Below, in pieces: positions 17,024 to 25,231 of a stretch of 35,285 nt of DNA. The position numbers and the translations under genes were made by a program. Position 1 is the first letter of the stretch. The number at the start of each line of letters is the position of its first letter. The notes beneath the pieces are model-generated. The model saw only the letters and a program-made list of their open reading frames with translations, did no database searches and had not been told where the DNA came from. Source of the stretch: a virus. Lineage: Duplodnaviria > Caudoviricetes. The stretch covers positions 1 through 35,285 of IMG/VR virus record IMGVR_UViG_3300017560_000302, one strand, 5' to 3'.

Positions 17024-17631
17024 TCGTACACCTGAAAGGGCATCAGGAGATGATCGGCTGCGGCGCGCATGGCCCCTGCCACCATAGATGACACCTGATA
17101 ATCGATAGTCCCCACGCCCTCGACGACCTCTCGGCGGATCTCGCCACTGGCGCCGGCACCAAGCCCCTTCAATTCAGCCGCCATCAACATGATTGCGCGG
17201 CGGATTGGAGCTGGCACGTCGCTGGCCTCGTAGCCCGCCTCATACCGTATCCGCACCGATCCAGGCTGGCAGCGCGCCGCGGGCCAGGATGAACCGAAAG
17301 CAGGAACAAGGCGGTTGTCGGCCAGCTCGTATTGCGCTGGGTCCAGTGTCTGCACGACGCCATTCTGGTCGAGATACTCGACGGCCACGATCCCGCTCAC
17401 TGGCCGATGGGGCAGCCGGACGGTCCACGAAAAGCTGTCGATCCGCAGTTCGAGCGTCTGTTCGCCAATCGCGCGCCCCAGCCAGCCGCCGGGACCGTCG
17501 ATCTGCGCCTGCGCCACATCCAGCAGGGTCTGCACCATGGCATCGTCATCATCCTGCGCGAAGACATGCGCAGCCTTGGCCTCCTCGGCCGTGACCGCAC
17601 GCGCTGCAGGTTCGATGACGACGACGGTCAT
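17020..17631 (-). CDS. Head-tail connector (adaptor) protein
   Basis: AKAAH...DDDDAMV, IDGPGGWLGRAIGEQT, VRIRYEAGY...VPAPIRRAI motifs. Confidence 0.85.
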   Translation of the reverse strand: MTVVVIEPAARAVTAEEAKAAHVFAQDDDDAMVQTLLDVAQAQIDGPGGWLGRAIGEQTLELRIDSFSWTVRLPHRPVSGIVAVEYLDQNGVVQTLDPAQYELADNRLVPAFGSSWPAARCQPGSVRIRYEAGYEASDVPAPIRRAIMLMAAELKGLGAGASGEIRREVVEGVGTIDYQVSSMVAGAMRAAADHLLMPFQVYE

Positions 17632-17636
17632 GGCGG

Positions 17637-18062
17637 TCAAGAATTCGTCAGCGCGGCGCTGATGATGACCTTGCCGCCAGGCAGGATCACGCCGAGATAC
17701 GCCGCTTCGGTGCTGGTATCGGTCCAGGTCAGATCGATGTCGCCATCGGCCTCCGAGACCGCCAAGAACAGCTTCTTCGCGACGATCGGCAGCAAGGCTC
17801 CGTCTGTCCCGGCCGCGATGCCGGTCGAACCGCCCGTTCCGGCGAACGTGTCGCCATTCGCATCCGCAAATACCGCGAGATGGACCGCTGCACGAACCGC
17901 CAAATCCCGGCCCTGCCCATCCTTAAGCTGGACCGCGATCGCACGGACATTGCTGTTCTCGGCACCGACAGTGATCGACGCACCGGCAGCACCGCCACCG
18001 AGGTCGATCACGTCGTCGGGACCGGCCACAAGCCGGGTTGGGCTGAGGCGTCGGATTGTCAT
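17637..18062 (-). CDS. Phage structural hypothetical protein (possible head decoration, beta-rich)
   Basis: 141-aa ORF coupled on both sides within the head module. Confidence 0.65.
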   Translation of the reverse strand: MTIRRLSPTRLVAGPDDVIDLGGGAAGASITVGAENSNVRAIAVQLKDGQGRDLAVRAAVHLAVFADANGDTFAGTGGSTGIAAGTDGALLPIVAKKLFLAVSEADGDIDLTWTDTSTEAAYLGVILPGGKVIISAALTNS

Positions 18063-18343
18063 TTGGCGTCTCCCTTGTTCTGATGCTTCGCTGCCGGCTT
18101 CTCGCCGGCCTTGGGGTCACGCACGAGAACCGGCTCGGATTTCCCCTCGTCCTTGTTCTGCGGCGCGGGTTCGGCCTTGTTCAGCGGCTTGCTTTCGGCC
18201 TTCGAGCCGACGACGAACTCCGCGAGCCCCCTCGCCTCCAGTTCCTTGGAACGCTCGTCGCTGTCGATGTCGAATTCAGCCCCGGCTGACACCTGCCGGG
18301 TATCGCTCGTGTAGAAGCTGTCGCGCGCTTTCATCCGCGGCAT
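18059..18343 (-). CDS. Small phage protein downstream of the capsid gene
   Basis: SD GGGAG; AGAEFDI..ERSKELEARGLAE core followed by NK-containing repeats (PLNK, PQNK, HQNK). Confidence 0.7.
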   Translation of the reverse strand: MPRMKARDSFYTSDTRQVSAGAEFDIDSDERSKELEARGLAEFVVGSKAESKPLNKAEPAPQNKDEGKSEPVLVRDPKAGEKPAAKHQNKGDAK

Positions 18344-18370
18344 GATCGGTCTCCCGCTTTAGTGACTTGA

Positions 18371-18398
18371 TCGGAGGGATGCGGCAGCACCCCTCCGA
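18371..18398. other. Stem-loop after the capsid gene (mRNA stability or weak terminator)
   Basis: TCGGAGGG(18371-18378)/CCCTCCGA(18391-18398) with inner pairing; no U-tract. Confidence 0.5.
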
Positions 18399-18409
18399 AG
18401 TGATGCCGA

Positions 18410-19735
18410 TCAGGCGACGTTGCCCAGATCGCCCTTCACGAACGCCTCGGGCCGATAGACGGCGAGCGCGACACGCTCCTCGGCACGGATCGTGACCAGG
18501 TTCTTGATGAAGTTGTCCTGGTCCTCGGTCGAGATATCGACATGCGCCTCCTCCCGATCGAAGATCTGGGCGGCCATGTTGAAGGCACCGACCAGGAACT
18601 TGTCCTCGGTCATTGCCTGAGTCTCGACCACCGGGAGGCGCCACAGCCGCGCCTCTGTCGTGCCCTGGGGATTGCCGAAGAGATAGCGGCCTTCGCCGTC
18701 CTTCAGGGTCTCGATGCGAGCCCAATCGTGCATACTAAGCACGATGCCCGATGCCGGATACTCGGCCAAGGCAGCCTGCAATAGCGCCAGGCGGAGTGTG
18801 TCCACCATGTTGCTATCTTCCAGCGTGATCGGAGCCGAAAACGCAGTAGCCTGTGTGTAGAGACCGTTGATGTCGGTGCCAGTGCCGCCGCCCATCAGAA
18901 GTTGGGCCTCCTCAACGAACTGCAGGCCATAGCGCAGCCGACCATCGATGTAGGACTGAAGCATCGGCACGTCATCGAGGATCTGCACCGTCGCCTTGAC
19001 GTAGTGAGCGATGGTGCTGACCGCTGCATTCACAATATCGAACTTGATCTCGGACTGCGGTTTGGCGGCGCCACTCGTTTCCGAGACGGTCGCCGCATTG
19101 TTGGTGAAGCCCGTCTCTTTGACGTACTGGATCGCATTCTTGTCGGTCCGGCCGGGCATCAGCAGGTCTCGGATCGTCATGCGCCGGGTCGGTGGGGCAA
19201 CGATACCGGGCTGACGCTGGGGCACGATCAGATCTCCAGCCGAGCCATTGGCATCGGTCGTCAAGGCCGAGATGATGGCCTTGACCGAAACCCGAGCCCG
19301 ACCGCGGCGGGACGCGAGCAGGGATTTCACCTCCTCACTGTCCGTCACCTGCTGGCCGATGCTTTTCGGCCGCTCAGGTTCGGTCGTGCCGATCCGAACC
19401 ATTTTCTGTTCCAGCTCAGTCATGCGAGCGCTGATCTCGTTGTGCTTGATCAGAGCTTCGTCGGCCGCTTTCTTGGTCTCCTCCGTCACCTTGCCAAGAT
19501 TCTTGATCTCGGTTTGTGTCGTTTCCGCCGACTTCTTAACGTCGTCAGCCGCAGTCTTGAGTTGGACAGCAAGCTCGCTGATCTGCTTTTCGAGCGTAAT
19601 CGCGGCAGCGCCCTCCGCGGCAAACAGGCCGATATCGTTGGCGTGCGCAGCGATAGAAAAGTCGAATCCGACCGTCACGACAACGGCAAGGGTCAGCAAG
19701 GCGGCAGCAGCCACCCAGGCGTAGTAACGTTTCAT
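18410..19735 (-). CDS. Major capsid protein, HK97 fold, 441 aa, with hydrophobic N-terminal leader
   Basis: SD GAGGA 7 nt before ATG 19735; coiled-coil delta domain; RRMTIRDLL, TIAHY...QILDDVPMLQSYIDGRL, FIKNLVTIRAEERVALAVYRPEAF. Confidence 0.95.
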   Translation of the reverse strand: MKRYYAWVAAAALLTLAVVVTVGFDFSIAAHANDIGLFAAEGAAAITLEKQISELAVQLKTAADDVKKSAETTQTEIKNLGKVTEETKKAADEALIKHNEISARMTELEQKMVRIGTTEPERPKSIGQQVTDSEEVKSLLASRRGRARVSVKAIISALTTDANGSAGDLIVPQRQPGIVAPPTRRMTIRDLLMPGRTDKNAIQYVKETGFTNNAATVSETSGAAKPQSEIKFDIVNAAVSTIAHYVKATVQILDDVPMLQSYIDGRLRYGLQFVEEAQLLMGGGTGTDINGLYTQATAFSAPITLEDSNMVDTLRLALLQAALAEYPASGIVLSMHDWARIETLKDGEGRYLFGNPQGTTEARLWRLPVVETQAMTEDKFLVGAFNMAAQIFDREEAHVDISTEDQDNFIKNLVTIRAEERVALAVYRPEAFVKGDLGNVA

Positions 19736-19748
19736 AGGAATGTCCTCG

Positions 19749-20444
19749 TTATGCGGGGATGATCGACCGCAGCGACGCGATGGCGTCGGTAATTGCGGCC
19801 TTGGTCGCCTCTCCACCCTCGGACTCGCTCCGAATGGCTTTTGCGTAGCCGACAGAGGCGATCTGCACGACTGCGCTTCGTGGGAAACCGGCATCACGCA
19901 GGATTTCCTCGAATTCCTTAACGGCAGCAGGCTCTCCGTCGCGGAACCGCCGCGCCAGATCTTCCAGCTTGCCCCATTGCTCCGTTTTCACGCTCTCGAC
20001 GCGAGCCCGGCGATTAGCCGGGAACGACACGATCGACGCCTCCAACAGATCAAGCTCCAGCAGCTTACGCGCCTCGCCATTCTCAGCCGGTGTCACATCG
20101 ACCTCACGGTAACCGATGGACATGCCCTGGATGGCTCCGCTTCGTAGCATGATCAAAGCTTCATCGGCGCGACGAACGCCCTTGAGTAGACGGCCCTTGC
20201 CCCAGAGTCCCTTGCCGTCGTCGCTCATTTCGTCCCAGACACCGATCGGCTCGTCGGGATTGTGCTGCCACAGCATGAGAGGCTTGGTTCCCTCTCGCTT
20301 GTGTTTCGCCAGACTTGCCGAGAAAGCACCCGGCATCACAATCTCGTTGTAGCTGTCACGATTGCCGAAAACCGAGGCATAGCCCTCGATCGAGCCCTCG
20401 TCGTCGGTAGCCTTCACCTTGAAGGCAAAGTCCTTAGTCTTCAT
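19749..20444 (-). CDS. HK97-family prohead protease
   Basis: IEGYASVF, MLWQH, PIGVW, GMSIGY and LLEASIVSFPAN motifs. Confidence 0.95.
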   Translation of the reverse strand: MKTKDFAFKVKATDDEGSIEGYASVFGNRDSYNEIVMPGAFSASLAKHKREGTKPLMLWQHNPDEPIGVWDEMSDDGKGLWGKGRLLKGVRRADEALIMLRSGAIQGMSIGYREVDVTPAENGEARKLLELDLLEASIVSFPANRRARVESVKTEQWGKLEDLARRFRDGEPAAVKEFEEILRDAGFPRSAVVQIASVGYAKAIRSESEGGEATKAAITDAIASLRSIIPA

Positions 20445-21709
20445 GATGGATCCTCGTCAGCATCAGCCGGCGGGACGGCCGGGCTCGTTTGGATAGACTG
20501 CTGCTCGCCCAATGGGACATTCTGTGCCTGGACGGTAAGCGCATCCCCACCCTCGCCAGGAGGCAGATTTTCCCAGCCGCGAACCTCGTTACGAGTATAG
20601 ATGCCGTTCTGAACCCCGGTCGCGTATGCTGCCATTCGGGTTGCGGTGTCTGCGCGCAGCAAGCCTTCGACCTTGAACTCCGCTGTGAGGCTATTGCGCT
20701 CCGACGGGGCGATTAGCGAGCGACGAACCGCCTGCTCGATCCGGGTGAGATACGGACGAAGGCTATACGTCAGGAATCCGATATTCTGCTGCTCCAGCCC
20801 CGTTCCCCAGCTGGTCGATTTCTGAGTATGGCCGACCAGAAACGGCGGCACCCGAAACCAGCGGCAGATCTCTTCGACCTGAAAAGAGCGCGTCTCCAGC
20901 ATCTGGGCATCCTGCGCGCTCATTGTCAGCGAATTGAACTTCATCCCACCTTCAAGAATGCCCGAACGGCCATCGACGATGGGCGCCAAGATATTCTCAC
21001 GCGCCTGAGCCCGTTGCTCAGGCGTAAGAACCTTGTCCATCTCAAGGACGCCCTCATGGCGCATTCCACTGAGATAAAGCTTGGCTGAGGCCTGTTCCGT
21101 CGCTCGTGCCGCATGAAGCGTCCGACGTGCGTAGGAGATCGGCGATAGCCCCTCGTCGGCACCAATCCCGAAGCCGCGGACGTGAAACATGTCCTCCTCG
21201 GCAATCTCGCGGGCCTGACGTCCAGGTTCGGTGTACCGATAACGGCGGAGCCCGTTCGGCGTGCGGAATACCTGCACCTGATCCGCTGGAAGCGGGCGGA
21301 GGGCTACGATCCGCGGAAAAGGATCCGAGGCGGATCGAGGTTTCACATACAGCTTCTCAGCGTAGGCATTGCCCACCACGCACAGCGATGACGCTACTCC
21401 CTCCCAAAATTCCGTCGCCGTAAAGTCGTAGTGCGGGCTGTCGTGCAAAAGGCTGTAAAGCGGATGATCGCGATCCGCGACACGGCCACCATTGGGCTGG
21501 GTCCGGTAGACCACCATAGGCAAGGTCGCGATCGTCTCCGAGATCAGCCTGATACACGCCCAAACCGTGGCGATCTGAAGCGCAGCGTTCGGACCGTGGT
21601 CTTTGGCGCCGCTGTCCCCGCATCGATCTACCGAAGTCATTTTCGGAACCACGGGCCAGCCAAACAGCCAGCGAACCGGTGCCATCATGGGCAACGAATA
21701 CACTGTCAT
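20441..21709 (-). CDS. HK97-family portal protein
   Basis: VWACIRLISETIATLP, GNAYA, GLSPI, DAQMLETRSFQVEEICRWFRVPP, NEVRGWENLPP. Confidence 0.95.
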   Translation of the reverse strand: MTVYSLPMMAPVRWLFGWPVVPKMTSVDRCGDSGAKDHGPNAALQIATVWACIRLISETIATLPMVVYRTQPNGGRVADRDHPLYSLLHDSPHYDFTATEFWEGVASSLCVVGNAYAEKLYVKPRSASDPFPRIVALRPLPADQVQVFRTPNGLRRYRYTEPGRQAREIAEEDMFHVRGFGIGADEGLSPISYARRTLHAARATEQASAKLYLSGMRHEGVLEMDKVLTPEQRAQARENILAPIVDGRSGILEGGMKFNSLTMSAQDAQMLETRSFQVEEICRWFRVPPFLVGHTQKSTSWGTGLEQQNIGFLTYSLRPYLTRIEQAVRRSLIAPSERNSLTAEFKVEGLLRADTATRMAAYATGVQNGIYTRNEVRGWENLPPGEGGDALTVQAQNVPLGEQQSIQTSPAVPPADADEDPS

Positions 21710-23406
21710 GTCAGCACCGGACTGGAGAGAAAGCCGCTAATATCGCTGTCCTCTGCCGCCATATGACGCGCCTTCAATCCGAGTCCCATGGCCAGCGCCA
21801 CCGCGCCGTCGATCCGGAACCGAGCCTTGTCCTTGTCGAGCTTGCGGTTACCCGCCGGGTCCGTGGTCGCCACCGCGTTCGCCATGTTCCAGGTCAGCAC
21901 CGGGTTGGACGGGTGGATCAGCTTCCGCTCGATCACGGCCAGTTCGAACGCATCGACCGCGGGCGCCATGTCGCGATAGCCCTGCCCCCACGGCACGAGC
22001 CGTAATCCGTCGCCCTTCCCACCGTCCTTGAATGAGGCGAGCCCAACCCGATCCAGCTCCTTCAGCAGATCCTCGATCCGCCACCGGTCATAGGCCATGC
22101 CCAGCACCGAATAGCGCTGCACCAGCTCCGCGATCTTGAGCGCCACGGCTCCCTTGTCGATCGAGCGGCCCGGCGTCGCGATCAGATGTCCACCCTTCTC
22201 CCACTCGACATAGCGATGGTTGCCGTTGCCGAAGTCCCGGTCGCTATGGTCCCGCAGGTGGTCAGCGGGCTTCCAGAACCAGGCCTGCACCCGGCTCGTG
22301 CCATGGGCGCTGACCGCGACGAGCGCCGCAAGATCGTTCACAGATGCCAGATCAAGCGCCAGATAGACCTCTTCTCCGCCCTGAAGATCAGCAGGACGAT
22401 CCCTTGTCGCCGCGCAAGCCATCCATTCGGCCCGGCTGATCAGCAACGCCACCGGCGCCACCCGCTGGTTCAGATACAGGTTCCGGACCTTCGGCTCCTC
22501 GGCCGGCATCCGGATGGCCTTTTCGACCAGCGCCCGCATGTCGTCGAGGCTGCGGAAGTCGCCCAGCGCCGGATTGGCCTTCTTCCACTGGCGCTGGTCG
22601 GCGAGGTTGCAGTCCTCATCGGCCGCGTAGAGATGGCAGACGATCGTCTTGTCCTGTCCGGACAGCCCGTCGTCGATCAGCTTCGACAGGATGTGCTCCG
22701 GATCGTTGCTCTGGGTGCTGATCGTGATGAACAGAGGTTCCTGCCGGGCGCCGAATGACGTGTCGAGCACATCGTAGAGCTCCCGGTTCCTGGCCTGGGC
22801 CAGCTCGTCGAAGATCACCAGCGACGGGTTCAGGCCGTGCTTCGTGCCAGCCTCCGCCGAGATTGCCCGGTAGAACGATCCGTTAGCGTAGCAGGCCAGT
22901 GTCTTGGTTGACGGCACCACCTTGATCAGCGCGGCCAGTTCAGGATCCGCCTCAACGATCTGCCGCGCGACCTTGAAGACCTGCGCAGCCTGCTCGCGGT
23001 CGTTCGCCGCCGAATAGATCTCCCCGTTCTGGATCGCTTCCGGCCCGACCAGATGGACCAGCACCAGCGCCGCGATCAGCGCGGTCTTGCCGTTCTTCCG
23101 GGCGATCGACAGGATCGCCCGCCGGACCTGCCGGCGCCCCGCCTTCGTGTGAGGCTCATAGACGGCCCGAATGAACTTCTTCTGCCACTCCCGGAGCCAG
23201 AACCGGCTGCCCTGCCCCTCGCCGCTCGGAACGGTCAGCTGTTCAACGAAGGCGATGACCCGTTCTGCCCGATGAGGCCGTCGAACTTGCTTTTCTGCTG
23301 CCGGGCGCCGGGAAGCTTGAGAGCGGCCCGGCTTTTCGGATCGAGGCCGAGCCGGTCGCCGAGGCTGGCCAGCTTTTCGGCCTGGCTGTTCAGAATCTTG
23401 ATCCAT
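21706..23406 (-). CDS. terL: Terminase large subunit (start uncertain)
   Basis: LREWQ, IARKNGKT (Walker A), VIFDE (Walker B), YLALDLAS, YDRW and RIDGAVA nuclease motifs. The nearest in-frame upstream ATG (23406) lies deep inside terS. Confidence 0.95.
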   Translation of the reverse strand: MDQDSEQPGRKAGQPRRPARPRSEKPGRSQASRRPAAEKQVRRPHRAERVIAFVEQLTVPSGEGQGSRFWLREWQKKFIRAVYEPHTKAGRRQVRRAILSIARKNGKTALIAALVLVHLVGPEAIQNGEIYSAANDREQAAQVFKVARQIVEADPELAALIKVVPSTKTLACYANGSFYRAISAEAGTKHGLNPSLVIFDELAQARNRELYDVLDTSFGARQEPLFITISTQSNDPEHILSKLIDDGLSGQDKTIVCHLYAADEDCNLADQRQWKKANPALGDFRSLDDMRALVEKAIRMPAEEPKVRNLYLNQRVAPVALLISRAEWMACAATRDRPADLQGGEEVYLALDLASVNDLAALVAVSAHGTSRVQAWFWKPADHLRDHSDRDFGNGNHRYVEWEKGGHLIATPGRSIDKGAVALKIAELVQRYSVLGMAYDRWRIEDLLKELDRVGLASFKDGGKGDGLRLVPWGQGYRDMAPAVDAFELAVIERKLIHPSNPVLTWNMANAVATTDPAGNRKLDKDKARFRIDGAVALAMGLGLKARHMAAEDSDISGFLSSPVLT

Positions 23407-23726
23407 GGCGACGGCATTTCCGAGCCGGCCGAGTTGATGACGATCCAACTGAACTCGGGGCTGTTGATCTCATGCGCGGCGCGCTTGTGAACGGCCCAGG
23501 CCATACCGAAGGCCGCCAGCAGGAAACTGTCCAGGGCCGAATAGATCTTCGGCGGCATCGACTGCTTGATGACCTCGATGCAGCCGCGCGCATCGTCCAT
23601 CAGATGCTCGGGAACGAACGGCTCGCCGAGCGCCTCGATCCCGCTTTCCTCGATCAGGCGCTTACCGGGATTCCCGTCAAGGCGATCCTGCGCCGCCAGC
23701 TTCTTTCGGGGCCCTCGAACGCCCAT
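23235..23726 (-). CDS. terS: Terminase small subunit (P27 family)
   Basis: RGPRKK...GNPGKR, PSPWIKI and LGLDPKSRAAL motifs. Confidence 0.9.
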   Translation of the reverse strand: MGVRGPRKKLAAQDRLDGNPGKRLIEESGIEALGEPFVPEHLMDDARGCIEVIKQSMPPKIYSALDSFLLAAFGMAWAVHKRAAHEINSPEFSWIVINSAGSEMPSPWIKILNSQAEKLASLGDRLGLDPKSRAALKLPGARQQKSKFDGLIGQNGSSPSLNS

Positions 23727-23838
23727 GACTCAGTTCCCAAGATTTTGCCGAAACCTGCGGCGACGCGCGTTTTTGCCCCAGCCCGGTGTCCGGCCCCATC
23801 GACGGTAACTTTCGACCCGCCCCCCCCACCCCTTGGGG
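23727..23838 (-). other. Probable cos packaging region
   Basis: Non-coding gap between HNH and terS with a G-run (GGGGGGGGCGGGTCGAAAGT...ACACCGGGCTGGGGCAAAAACGCGCG); this is the usual cos position in HNH-terS-terL phages. The cut site cannot be determined from sequence. Confidence 0.55.
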
Positions 23839-24135
23839 TCAGACCGGCCACCCTGTTGCATCGATGTCACGCGGTCCTCGGCGACCGAACTGCTCGGCTG
23901 TGCGGATGCGGTGATGTCGGGCGCAGAGGCAACGGATGTTGCTGTCGTCGTCACTGCCGCCTTTGGCGAGCGGCACGATGTGGTCAGGAACGGTCGAGGG
24001 CGTTACCCTGCCTTCGGCTCGACAGTCGCGGCACAGCGGTTCGGCGGCAAGACGACGTCGGCGTTGCGCGACACCGGCGCGACCTCGGGTGCGATGATCG
24101 CGGTGACGCTGACCGAGTTCGAGAGGCTTCGGCAC
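23839..24135 (-). CDS. HNH endonuclease (terminase-associated, HK97 gp74-like)
   Basis: PLCRDC...PDHIVPLAKGG...NIRCLCARHH. Confidence 0.9.
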   Translation of the reverse strand: MPKPLELGQRHRDHRTRGRAGVAQRRRRLAAEPLCRDCRAEGRVTPSTVPDHIVPLAKGGSDDDSNIRCLCARHHRIRTAEQFGRRGPRDIDATGWPV

Positions 24136-24138
24136 AAA

Positions 24139-24210
24139 TCAGCGGGCGCCAGCCGCCCGCAGCATCCCGTTGCCAAGCCTGATGACGGTGGACCAGAACA
24201 GCTTGCGCAT
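24139..24210 (-). CDS. 23-aa peptide, first ORF of the putative late transcript
   Basis: SD AGGAG then ATG 24210; MRKLFWSTVIRLGNGMLRAAGAR*. Confidence 0.45.
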   Translation of the reverse strand: MRKLFWSTVIRLGNGMLRAAGAR

Positions 24211-24223
24211 GGTCGGGCTCCTG

Positions 24224-24259
24224 AAATGCAAAACCCGCCGCGGATGAATCCGGGCGGGT
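24224..24259 (-). terminator. Terminator-like hairpin in the late leader (tR'-like)
   Basis: ACCCGCC(24233-24239)/GGCGGGT(24253-24259) stem followed on the minus strand by TTTGCATTT. Confidence 0.55.
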
Positions 24260-24277
24260 CGCAACTCTTGCGATGGT

Positions 24278-24925
24278 CTATTTCGGAAGTTGAATCAGGT
24301 TTACTGGTTCGTCAACCCCTATTTTTCGGCCATCGATCAATCCGTAGTGGATTGCCAACGCGGTCAGTCCGGAGCGCAGGCGGTCCAGGTCATCGTTCTT
24401 CCGGCCATGCACTGCGACGTGGGCGACAACACGGGCGGCGCGCTCACCGGCGTTGGTGATCAGGGCTTCGAACGCGTCGTTGTAGGCGAGCTTCGCGCGC
24501 CGCGCTTCGTCATCGGTGACGTGCTTTCGACCACTGGGGAGCATGGTTGATACGCTGGATTTCTCATATCGCATCGGCGCATTGATCGTCTGTAGGTAAA
24601 GCCCGACCTGCTGCGCATACCGCTGCCCCGCGTCGTACTGCTGGGCGCTGATCTTGCCCCGCAGGTTGAGTATCCCCAGCTCATGCTCGGCTCGGGGATC
24701 GCCGCGAAGGCGCTCCGGTAGCCAGGCCCGATGCGGCTGATCCTCGATGCGAAACGAGGGCTTGTCCGGGATGCGCTTTCCGGAGGGATACCGGGGTCCA
24801 GCCTTGGCCTTCCTCCCGGCACGGGTCGCCCGCTTCTGCCAGTTTTTGAACGTCACGGGGATGAGCCTCCCTTTCGAGGATCGGATGTAGGTCGTTTGGG
24901 TGGGATGGAATGTGGCCAGGCTCAC
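24278..24925 (-). CDS. Putative late-gene regulator (occupies the Q-like position)
   Basis: GTGA-coupled start 24925; basic RAGRKAKAGPRYPSGK, LGILNLRGKISAQQYDAG and LRSGLTALAIHYGL; last gene before the late leader. Confidence 0.65.
   Translation of the reverse strand: MSLATFHPTQTTYIRSSKGRLIPVTFKNWQKRATRAGRKAKAGPRYPSGKRIPDKPSFRIEDQPHRAWLPERLRGDPRAEHELGILNLRGKISAQQYDAGQRYAQQVGLYLQTINAPMRYEKSSVSTMLPSGRKHVTDDEARRAKLAYNDAFEALITNAGERAARVVAHVAVHGRKNDDLDRLRSGLTALAIHYGLIDGRKIGVDEPVNLIQLPK
24285..24315 (-). promoter_or_regulatory. Putative late promoter with a GANTC site in the spacer
   Basis: TTGACG -35-like hexamer (24310-24315), TGATTCA in the spacer, weak -10. Confidence 0.35.
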
Positions 24926-25206
24926 CCGGCGTCCTCCAGCAATTCGCGCGGCTTGACCGTGATGACAGTGGTGGTGGACGGCTTGAGGAAGGGTCGAAGC
25001 TTTGCGAGCCCGAACTCTTTTCGGACCGCAGCGGTGTCCAGCCGCTCCGAGACGGTCTCCCGGATCGAGGCCTCGTGCTGATCCCCGACCGGACCGACCT
25101 GTCCGGAGATGATCATCTGGCGAAGCTCGTCCTCGCGATCCTTGAGCCGCTTCTGCTCGGCGCGGATGTCGGCCAACTCGTCCACGGGATGGCGGTTGCG
25201 GGTCAT
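24922..25206 (-). CDS. Phage hypothetical protein (94 aa)
   Basis: SD GAGG, ATG 25206; HPVDELADIRAEQKRLKDREDELR coiled coil, RLDTAAVRKEFG. Confidence 0.7.
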   Translation of the reverse strand: MTRNRHPVDELADIRAEQKRLKDREDELRQMIISGQVGPVGDQHEASIRETVSERLDTAAVRKEFGLAKLRPFLKPSTTTVITVKPRELLEDAG

Positions 25207-25231
25207 GGCACGCCTCGCTGCTTGGCCCGGG

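Noticed and set aside
19736-19897. Upstream 54-codon extension of the capsid ORF given in the track
   Set aside because: It overlaps the protease gene, and the SD points to ATG 19735.
1480-23726. Classical RcGTA-type gene transfer agent cluster
   Set aside because: The adjacent cI/cro, replication genes, HNH and cos-type packaging indicate a prophage. Only the short TMP and the holin type are GTA-reminiscent.
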